In this document: positions 13,801 through 25,800 of the stretch, piece by piece | Layout of the letters: each line of letters starts with the position of its first letter | Position numbering within the stretch: position 1 is the first letter of the stretch | From: Mytilus trossulus | Taxonomy: Eukaryota | DNA: 64,000 nt | Direction: 5' to 3' | Assembly: GCF_036588685.1 (NCBI RefSeq) | Contig: NC_086373.1 | Span: 868,001 to 932,000 of the forward strand | The notes under the pieces: model-generated | Database searches by the model: none | Told to the model about the DNA's origin: nothing | Seen by the model: only the letters and a program-made list of their open reading frames with translations | Translations under genes and position numbers: made by a program

Positions 13801-16800
13801 TGATGATAATACATAACATATATAAAGGTTCAGGATGAACACGGATGCGGCCACTTTCGTTTTTGACAAAAACCATCTGAAAAGTGACATTTTTCAGCAT
13901 ATTTGGTAGATTTTTCATATTTGAGCTTGAATCGGAGCGTTTTTAATGACTAAATAAGTTAAAATCTTTCACATATATTAATTGAATCAAATAAAATAGG
14001 CATTTAAGTGTTTAAAAAGTGGTCAACATCTTCCGTCAGATGAACCTGAAATTTGAGGCCAAAATCGGTCCTTACCGGACCTACTCCTTTATCCTATAAA
14101 AAGTTTTTGTTGCTAGGTGTAAGACCTTTAAATCAAAAATAGATTATCTATAGAAATTATGGTGCATCACAGACCCTCTATCAAAAACATCTTTATTATT
14201 TAACTTACTTTATAAAACAAATTCCTTGAAACATCTGTTTTATTGTTAATACTGTTCAAATATTACATTTGAATCAATATTCTTTTGATATCAATAATAT
14301 ATGTAATTTACAGACAAGTTATATAATTACAAGTACACTAACACTTTTAATAATTATGTAATAACCACTAGATCACAGAAAACAGACTTTCTCTCAAAGG
14401 AGCACAAAGTTATGTAATAATTACTAAATCATAAGAAACAGGTTTCCACTCATATGACAAGAAAAACTGAAAAAATAAATAAAATAAAGATGTTATGATT
14501 CTTTGATCTTGAGTATTTTTTAAATTGATAAGTTCTTAGAAGTATATGATATATACAAAATAATAGCTTTTTTGCTTTTGATTTTGACTTTATCAGCAAG
14601 AATAGCAAGCAGACGTGCAAGGTAGGCCTCATATTCAAACAAATAAAGCCAGTATCAAAACTAAAATGCCATATAAAATGTGGGTCAAAAATTCACACTT
14701 GCAGTGAAAAAAATCAAAAGCTGAACCTACTAAAATGTGTGTAATTTTCAACTCAGCATACTTCAAAACAAACATGGATTTATCTTGAAAGGGTTTATTA
14801 CCTTTTCAGAACTTGATGACTTTTCTAATGCTGCTGGAGTTAACAATTCTGCACTACCCACTCTCCCAACTCCTTGCAGACTACCCTGTAATTGTCTATT
14901 AGCACTTATAGTTTCTGCTGGGGATGCCCTTCTCAAATTATTATCACTTAGTCTATTTATAGTAACAGCATCACCAAATCTTTCTGTCAAATCTTGCGTT
15001 ACATTTTTTGTTCCAAACTGACAACTTGAGTCCGATAAAGAAAACTTTGCAGGTTCACAACTAAAGTCACTTTCTCCTTGAGACAAATCTGATTTTGATT
15101 TAGAAAGAATTGTATATGAGCCTCCATTTGGTAATGATGAAGTGGGCGTTGTGTCCGTGAGAGATATTTCCCCCCGATGTTGTCGTTCTATGTCCTCCAC
15201 CATTGATCCTGAAGACATGATGTGTCTCAATAATGCTGGGACATTCTGTGAGTCCTGTCCCTCTGTAGCCATCTTAGGTGTGTCTGTCACGGACAAAGAT
15301 CTGAATTACAAAACTTTCAAGTCACTTAAAAGAACATTTTACTACTGAATTTCAAAAAGACATAAATCTTATGAAAATAGTATCACTCATTTTGAATAGA
15401 AGTGAGATATGGTATCAAATATAAATCTTTCATATTCATTTCATTGAAAGAATAATATAAAATAATATGCGAAAAATAATTTAAAAGTTTTATATATTCT
15501 CTATATGAATTTCAATGAAATTCATGAAAAGTTAAACCTGACAGTCGTTAGTGTGTCTAACAGATGCCTTGAATTTCCTCATAATTGTTCTTTGCTGAGG
15601 TATCAGTAAATTAAGACAGCACCAGGCTGTTGGTTTTTCTGTTTTTCTATTGTTTTACATTTTGTTATTGCCAGGCCATTTATTGCTTACTGCGCAGTAT
15701 TGGTTTGCTGATTCTGAAAGCCATGTAACGAGTTGTAGTTGTTTTGACTCTTGTCCTTTGGTCTATTATGGATAGTGGTCATATGGTGACCATACACATA
15801 TCTCCTTTTCCTTATTTTTCTATACTAAATGCCTATGAAATGTAGGTGGAGGTTTGCTTGTTTCCACCACTGAAGTTTATATTAAATACCTATGAAATGT
15901 AGGTGGAGGTTTGCTTGTTTCCACCACTGAAGTTTATACTAAATACCTATGAAATGTAGGTGGAGGTTTGCTTGTTTCCACCACTGAAGTTTATATTAAA
16001 TACCTATGAAATGTAGGTGGAGGTTTGCTTGTTTCCACCACTGAAGTTTATACTAAATACCTATGAAATGTAGGTGGAGGTTTGCTTGTTTCCACCACTG
16101 AAGTTTATATTAAATACCTATGAAATGTAGGTGGAGGTTTGCTTGTTTCCACCACTGAAGTTTATATTAAATACCTATGAAATGTAGGTGGAGGTTTGCT
16201 TGTTTCCACCACTGAAGTTTATACTAAATACCTATGAAATGTAGGTGGAGGTTTGCTTGTTTCCACCACTGAAGTTTATACTAAATACCTATGAAATGTA
16301 GGTGGAGGTTTGCTTGTTTCCACCACTGAAGTTTATACTAAATACCTATGAAATGTAGGTGGAGGTTTGCTTGTTTCCACCACTGAAGTTTATACTAAAT
16401 ACCTATGAAATGTAGGTGGAGGTTTGCTTGTTTCCACCACTGATGTTTGACTTCTGATTCTCTGATCCTGGTTCTGTTGCATGCTAGCATTCCTGAACAA
16501 TGTTTCTAATGTCAAAGGCCCTGAAGATGGTCTAGCATTCTGTGTACTATCAACATCTAAAATTACAAAGTGGAAATTATCAAATCTGGTCTAAAAACAA
16601 GCTTTAATAAAAAGACACTTTTAGTGTTTAAGGTTAATATCTATAAATAACTTGCAGGCAAACACAGTATGCTCATTTTTGCACCTGTTCCAAGTCAGGA
16701 GCCTCTGGCCTTTGTTTGTCTTGTATTATTTTTAATTTTAGTTTCTTATTGTATTTCTTAGTGTATAATTTGGAGTTTAATATGGCATTACTTATCACTG

Positions 16801-19800
16801 AACTAGTATATATATTTGTTTAGGTGAAAGCTGAAGGACGCATCCAGGTGCAGGAATTTCTCGCTGCATTGAAGACCTGTTGGTGACCTTCTGCTGTTGT
16901 TTGTTCTATGGTCGGGTTGTTGTCTCATTGACACATTCCCCATTTCCATTCTCAATTTTATCAATTAAGAGTTAAGACATCTGAAAATAACTGATGGAAT
17001 AGCAAGATAGCACTGTAAAAATTAGGTTTATAAATGTTGACACAGATACTAAACGTATTAGTAAACTACTTGTGTCCTTCCCGTGATTGCAGCTGTCAGT
17101 GTTATGTTGACTTAAAAGTAAGGTTATTTATCAGTAAAATACAGAATTTAAAAAAAATACTTTTTGTGTAAATTTTCTATCTGTGTCTTAAAGTTTAGCT
17201 TGTGTCAGAGTTTCATAACAATCCATAAAGGTTAACAAATCTATCATGTTAGAATGTTTTTATGTCATAACAAACCTGAATCCTCTTTTCCTGCTTTAAC
17301 AAGTCTGGGCCGTATGAGATCTGAGGATTTAGTGACTGGTATAAATATATAGGTAACATATGTAGAAACAAACCTGAATCCTCTTTTCCGGCCTTCACAG
17401 GTCTAGGCCGTATGAGATCTGAGGATTTGGTGGCTGAAGCATTAGGATTATCTATGAAAGGCTTTGGATCAGGTTTCTTCTTAGACTGAAACAAGAAGAG
17501 AAAGCAAAATTTTTTTCATGACAAACACATTCACCAAACAATATAATTATGATAATGTGTTTAAGGCCATACATATACCTTTTATTGTTTACTTTTTACA
17601 CATTGTGACTTGGATGGAGAGTTGTCTCATTGGCACTCACACCACATCTTGTTATTTCTTTATACACATTGTTTTTATTGATTAGGTTAATGCTGGCACC
17701 TTTATGGTGTTTTTTTTTTAATTCCAAAATGCAAATTGTTGTCTTGTGTCGCTCACCTTGGTCTATGTTAATATTAAATATTGTACACAGATGGATTCAT
17801 GACAAAATTGTGTTTTGGTGATGGTGATGTGTTTGTTGATCTTACTTTACTAAATATTTTTGCTGCTTTCAATTATCTCTATCTATATAAACAGTAGTTT
17901 CTGTGGAAAATGTTAGTGAAAATCTACAAATTTTGTGAAAATTGTTAAAAATTTACTATGAAGGGCAATTACTCCTTAGGGGGTCAATTGACTATTTTGG
18001 TCATGTTGACTTATTTTAAGTTCTTACTTTGATGTACATTATTGCTGTTTACAGTTTATCTCTATCTATAATAATATTCAAGATAATAACAAAAAAACAG
18101 CAAAATTTCCTCAAAATTACCAATTCAGGGGCAGCAACCTAACAACCAATGATCCATTTCATCTGAAAATTCCAGGGCAGATAGATCTTGACCTGATCAA
18201 CAATTTTACCTCCTGTCAGATTTGCTCTTAATGCTTTGTTTTTTGAGTTATAAGCCAAAAACTGCATTTTACCCCCATATTCTATTTTTAGCCATGGCGG
18301 CCATCTTGGTTGGTTGGCCGAGTTACCGGACACAATTTTTAAACTAGATACCCCAAAGATGATTGTGGCCAAGTTTTAATTAATTTGGCCCAGTAGTTTC
18401 AGAGAAGAAGATTTTTCTAAAAGATTAAGATTTACGAAAAATGATTAAAAATTGACTATAAAGGGCAATAACTCCTACAGTGGTCAACTGACCATTTTGG
18501 TCATGTTGACTTATTTGTAGATCTGACTTTGCTGAACATTTAGTTGTTTACATTTTATCTCTATCTATAATAATATTCAAGATAATAACCAACTAGAGGC
18601 TCTAAAGAGCCTGTGTTGCTCACCTTGGCATATGTGAATTAAAGAAAGGAAGCAGACAGTTCATGACAAGACTGTGTGTTTAGGTGATTGTGATATGTTT
18701 GTACATCTTCCTTTACTGAACATTCTTGCTGCTCACAATTATCTCTATCTATAATGAACTTGTCCGTGTAGTTTCAGTGGAAAATGTAAGTAAAAATTTT
18801 ATGAAAATTGTTAAAAATTGATTATTAAGGACAATAACTTCTTAGGGGGTCAATTGACCATTTTGGTCATTTTGACTTATTTTTTAGTCTTAAATTGCTG
18901 TACATTATTGCTGTTTACAGTTTATATCTATCTATAATAATATTCAAGATAATAACCCAAAACAGCAAAATTTTTCATCTAAATATTTCAGGGCAGATAG
19001 ATCTTGACCAGATACACAATTTTACCCTTTGTCAGATCAGATTTGCTGTAAATGCTTTGGTTTTTGAGTTATAAGCCAAAAACTGCATTTTACCCTTATG
19101 TTCTATTTTTAGCCATGGGGGCCATCTTGGTTGGTTGGCCTGGTCACCGGACACAATTTTTTAACTAGATACCCCAATGATGATTGTGGCAAAGTTTGGT
19201 TAAATTTGGCCCAATAGTTTCAGGAGAAGCTTTTTGTAAAAGTTAACGCCGGACACAGGACGACAGACGCCAAGTGATGAGAAAAGCTCACTTTGCCCTT
19301 TGGGCCAGGTGAGCTAAAAATGTAGGTATGTACAGAATACAAATCAATAATTTCAAGTTTGGTTTAAATTGTATCAGTTGTTATTTTTTTAATTTTGTAA
19401 AGAATATGAGGCAGATGATGGCTGCCAAACAAAGCCAAAAGTTCACATGACTCTTTGAACTTATTAGAGAGCTAATAACATTGTGAAAATTGTCTTCAGG
19501 TTTTTAACGCCATAAAAATTCCTAATCTTACATGCATCCTAAACAACAATTACGTGGCTAATCACTACTCGTTAGATAATTACTGTGTAACAATTAGTGA
19601 ATCACACAAAAACTTTATTTACATTAACTGGCTGTAAAAATACCTCACATGTTGAGAGTTTTAATAGGAAAATATATAGAAAGTCAAAGTATTAATAGTA
19701 TATTCTGTCTATATGACTTAACTCCTCATAGGTATAATCTATGGTTTTGATATGACATTAGAGTACTTTTAATATAACTGAAATTTGGTACTATAATTTT

Positions 19801-22800
19801 TTGTAAACTGTTTAATCATAGTTTCCTTAGCAATATCATTTTTTATAATTACATAGTGAAAGGGGAACAACCTGGTGGTCTTTTAATATGGATGTATGGA
19901 ACCAGGGACTTCCATTTTTAAATAATATTGCAGAAAATGACACTAACTAGACAAATGAATCAAGAATTAGAAAAAAAATTAGGGGGTCCTTTTCTGGCCA
20001 CTGATACATTACAAGTTTTTTCTTGCTGGTACCTGTCAAGAATTACAAACAGGAAATTTATTTCTTATACAACACAACAAATAGAAAATAATATTGGGGC
20101 ACTGAATGAACTGTTTATATATCTTTTCTTTTTTCTAGATGACAAACGAGCAATATACCTAACATTAAGACATGTTTCCTATTAGCTACAAAACATAAAA
20201 TGAATCCTTTATCATACCCTCCTGGTTATATCAAACACATCTTATAACACTTAAACTGACATACATAACAATGGCCAGCCAGTATTGTGGGGTGGAGGTC
20301 TGGACTGGAAATCTTTGGGGAGGAAGATACGAATCAAATCTACTCTAAAATTGTTAGGTTGATTTTCTAGGCGCTTATTTGTAAACCAGTCATATATTTT
20401 TGTCAATAATTGAAAGTAAACAGTCAGTAGAAAACCCCAAAATTGAACTGGATGATCAAATTTGGACACCAACATTTTTTTATCAACAGCCAGTCAATTG
20501 TGCTGAATATAAAGACCTCCTGTATTTATTATATAATTAATTCATTTCATTGAGGTTTTTTTTATTTACTTTTGCAAAAGTTGTCCTCATATTTACATAA
20601 AAGGAAATTGTCCCCCCTTTTCTTGACTCTCTACTAAATTTTATACACATTACATGAAAAAAAAAAAAAAAAGCATTTCCAAAGTGTCTTCTGATTTTCT
20701 ATTTATCCCCCATATCCAGTTGATGTAAAGTAAATGATTAAATTTGGTTTGACAATATTGGTTGGTTATCACTCCATTCCATACAGAATCGCCACCCCAG
20801 ATTTTAGTGCAGCCTTAATAAGATAAAGTCTGTCTGGATAATAAAGAAATCACATGAATGTCAAGGGCTTTGTTCCTGGAACTATTTATATACAGTAATT
20901 ATAACATTAATATTAAAGAATATTTTAGTTAAGCCCTTCAGTATTTAACTATGAAGTGTGTAATGTAATAAAATCATGAATCAAAGGCGAGAATGAAACT
21001 GGTACTAATTACATCTGACATAACTGTTCCTCTACTTGTCATTATATAAACACAGAAACATTTCTCAATGTCAATATGACCTTGAAACTCATGATTCAAT
21101 CCATCACAAGGAAGTAAATAAACTGACGAAAGTAACAATAAGCAGTTATTTAATTTACAGAATCTTATGATAAATATAAATAACAATGATCTGCACATGT
21201 CTGTCTGTTGTTTTGTTTTTATACATGTCAATCATTGCATGTTATTATATCATCAGGCCCGTAGCCAGGAATTTGCAAAGGGGGGTTCGTTTGACTCACA
21301 AACTCGACTTTAACAGTCACAATTCGAACAGAACATCGACTTTAATAGTGCTTATTTTTTTTCAAGGGGGGGGGGTCGTCCGAACCCCCCCCAAACCCCC
21401 CTGGCTACGGGTATGATCATGATCAGATCAAGTACATACAAAAGTGGCCAGTCGAGGATAAGAATTGATAAATACTTGGACTTATCTGTGTTTTCTGTAG
21501 GTTTTACTGTAATATTTACAGACTCATTTGAAACTAACAGTAGGATCAGCAAGGAATAAATGTGTTTAACCCTTGACTTTAACGACCACTTCTACCCTCA
21601 AACAAAGATGGCCTCCATTCTGATGAATATATTGAAATCGTATGTTTTCACTGTGGTGATATAATAGTGCATTAAACTTTTTGTAATTGGAAAAAGAAAT
21701 CATCTCTTATAATATGACCTAGCATCACAGACAGATGGACAGACAAGCAGACAAGACACTACACTTAGTTACTGCTCTCCCTTCAATGTAATCATATTTG
21801 ACAAACCTTGTCATATTCATCTTGAGCTTTAGACAACATCTGCATAATGTTGACCTGACGATTGACCCCAGACATAACGTCATGCATAGTGTCACTTTCA
21901 GAAGCTCGTCTGTTTCTTAATGCTGCTTTTGAGGTATGACTCTCAATTGCCACCTGTAAATAGCTGAAAAAACAAATAGTTTATTGCAAATATTGAACCT
22001 GTTCCAAAATATTAAAGTTATTCAACAATTTAAATAAACATTAAAGTGTTTAGTATGGTATTCATTATCACTTAACTAGTATATTTATTCGTTTAGGGGC
22101 CAGCTGAAGAACACCTCCGGGTGCGGGAATTTCTCGCTGCATGTCGGTGACCATCTGTTGTTGTCTGTTCTATGGGCAGGTTGTTGTCTCTTTTACACAT
22201 TCCCCATTTCCATTCTCAATTTAAAACACTGATATGTCTTGTCTACTTTACTGATTATGATTGAATAGATACCAAGGCCGTAACTAGGCATCTTATTTTA
22301 GTGAGGCAAAATAATTGAGCCGAGCGAAGCGAGGTGAAAATTTTTTTTTGTAGGGTTTGAAATGAATTGTGCAAAATCCTGCATTCTAGGCATTTTTAGA
22401 GAGCTTGATAATATTTTGAATTTGGACACTCTTTATATAATTTTTTCATATTTTAAGACTTTTACTAACACATTATCATCAACACAATGATTAATGTCTT
22501 CTTCATATTCCTTCTCCATCAGCAATTCGGTAGCAGCATCGGTAGTAACAGTTTTTTTTTGCAAAAGGGAATTAAGCTTTCCTGTAAGCACCATCATACA
22601 GTCGCAGTTACAAATTATTTAACTCGTTTTTATGCTGACAAAAAGTAGATAAACTAGGGATAGAATGAGATAATTTACAGATATATGATTCTTTCTATAG
22701 AGAAGTACATGTATATCCAATATGGGTTCAGGGGAAATTGGAATGAAAATTTTTGATGTTTACATGTAGGTCAGTAATTTCCAATGTTTCTGGAAATAGT

Positions 22801-25800
22801 TGGTGGTATTTTAGTTCCAGAATCTATAAATTTAGGGGTTGGGGGTGTCCGATTCAAAAAACCCCGAAAAATAAAGGAATGAAATTCCGAAGTCCCGAAA
22901 AAGTCGTAACAAAATCCTGTGTTACCTGTAAAAGGTTTTACATTTCCTCAAAAATATCAAATTGGAATATGGGATATTCTTTCAATTTTTAAGGTTAAAG
23001 AAACATGGATAAAAACTAACCCATGCATGTTTCATTTTATTTATATTTTATTTATCTGTACAGAGAAAGATTAAAGTTCGTGAAATAAATACGCAGACAG
23101 GACTGTCCCCTTGCAATGCCCAGTACTTGATTTGTTAAAAGTTGGTGAAACGGAGAAATGAATACGCAGACAGGACTGCCCCCTTCCGAAGACCAGTACT
23201 TCATTTGTCAGTCTGCTTATCGATTTTGGATTGTACTAATGAAGTTATATGCAATACTCAGACTCTGTTCACAAAAAAAACTAGTTTACTAAAACTATTC
23301 CTTCTTTACCTTCAGTGTCGCTTTTCCTTTTTCTACAAGATCCTGTTTTTAACTAGAGATCCATGATTATTATCGTTACTAGGTTAATGTAATCGAGAAA
23401 CATCACCCGTTGAGATGCTGAGTTATATCCAGGAAGAATAGTTTAAAAGGAATGATGACAAGTTATAGAAATTAAGGTTGAGACAGTCAACAACAAATGA
23501 CTGTTATATTTGCCTCAAGGGTAGTTACGGCCTTGGATACTGTAAGACTTAGAAATAAAGGTTACACAAGACTTAAAAATAAAGGTTACACAAGTATTAT
23601 AGGACATTAAGTTAAGCTATTTTTTATAGTATATATACATGTATCTGGGAAACAGGTAAAACAGTGAAAACATAACATTGATCAATGAGCCATGAAAATG
23701 GGGTCATGGTCAGATGAACTTTTTGACAGACATGCACACTTAGCAATCATTCCATACACCACATATAATTCCATATGTTATAGATTCTGAGAAAACAGAC
23801 TTAAAACTGCTTGCACCTGTCTCTGTTGTTTATTGATGGGGTTCATAAGTATGTTGTTCATTTTTTTTTAATATAGATTAGACCGTTTGTTTTAGATAAG
23901 TAATTTTTAGGACCCTCATAGCTAGCTGTTCGTTTTGAGCCAAAGCTTTGTGTTGAAGGCCATACATTCACTTATAATGGATAACTTTTACAAATTGTAA
24001 ATTGGATGCAGAGTTGTATCATTGGCATTCATACCAATCTTCTTATATCTCTTAACCATGAAAACCAAATGCTGACTAGAACAACTGTAACCTTGCATTG
24101 TGAACCAGCACATTAGAAATTTTGAGTGTGGTGGTCTAGCTCAAAGTTTATATTTTCTACTTGATGTTAAATGTGTATCCGTCACCTCCATTTTCTTCCC
24201 TTAAAAAGTATCAGTCAGTTTGATGAGACATACACAAATATACATATGAATATATATATGTCATTTCCCATCTATCTGTTATATTTTCACAAATGTTTGA
24301 ATTCAAAAAGCTGATTTGTATTTCAAACAACATGCACCATTCTTTTGTAAAAGATTTTACTGTGGGGATAATCTCAAATATTTCAGAAAATTTCCTTTTT
24401 TTCTTAATGTTACTTTTTTAAACTGGTTGATGTATACTCTTACAAAATATTACGACTGAGTAAATACAATTGTAAATTATATCCCCCTCTGTAACAACAG
24501 TAATCTTTTTTTAATGGGAATATATAAAAGAGCTGCACATGTTTAACATCAAAGAAATGCTTTATAAAACCATGCTATTATCTTTGATATGCTCCTCATT
24601 AGCAGGAGGTAGTTAAAGAGGAAGATTAAATGTCTGGAGTCATTGAAATCAACAGAAGCTAAAAACAGGAAAAATAAAAGTCCATGGTATAAGAACAGAT
24701 GAGAAATTATTCAAGACAAAACACAACCAAGAAAAATAAATTGGCTTTTTTGCATGTTCCCTTTTCTAGAATAAAATTATTGAATATTCCACGTGTTTTT
24801 AAGACTAAAGATAAAAGTAGATAAACCTTTTAAACATGGATACAACCTTGTTTTTAAAACATTATTTGATGAACCCACTAAAGGTTAATATTAGGATACA
24901 TAAGATAATCTATTATATATACCTATTTATCATCTGTCCAATCCTGGAACATTCATCTTTATCATAGAACCATATACCATATATTGCTAAAAACAAAAGT
25001 TAGATATTTATCATAGAACATGCATATACCATATATTTCTAAAAAATAAAAGGGATTATTACCGATATATGTATGATTAGGGTTATAGAACCATATACCA
25101 TATATTGCTATAATTGTGTTAAATAGGCACTCTTTGTCTATAGTTTATTTCCTAAGGCACAAAAAAAAAACTTAATTCAAGGGCAATAATTCTTACAAGA
25201 AGTTAACTGAGAATTCTCCCCTTGCTGATCTTATTGTAAATCTTGTCCTCCTGATCAAGTTAAGCTGTTTGTAGTTTCTCTCTTTGTTCTATAACGTTTG
25301 CCCAATCATAAATAAAGGGTGAAAAATCACTGACTGCTCAAGGCCAAATTATCTAAGTGGAAATGAAATATGCCAATGCTAATTCAACTGCACATCAAAA
25401 TACAGTTGACGTATCATAAGTTGCTTCCCTTAAACTGACCTAACAAAAAGCTTCAACATGTTAACTGCGAAAATTCCAAAGTCAATAAATTTTGACTGAA
25501 GGGCTATGTGATATAATCTCTCTGAAATGTGATTTGCTTATTCTAAAACAAATGCATATCATATATTATTGCCTTACCATTAGTGGTTCCCCTTAAACTG
25601 ACCTAATCACAAACTTACAAACTATGCTAAAGCTGTCTGTCACAAACATACCATCTGACAGAGGTGAGAGGGAAATAATCTCCCTGGATATCATTGATAT
25701 CTCATTAGTGGTTCACCTCAAACTGACCTAATCACAAACTTTAGTTTTTTAACATAGGCAATTTATAAATTGTAAGTTATCAATCCTACTTAAAGTTAAA

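Noticed and set aside
14737-15348. Plus-strand ORFs of 94 and 68 aa
   Set aside because: Antisense shadows of DCP1 exon 8
21619-21640. ctgatga-atatatt-gaaa, hammerhead-like core
   Set aside because: No credible stems I-III
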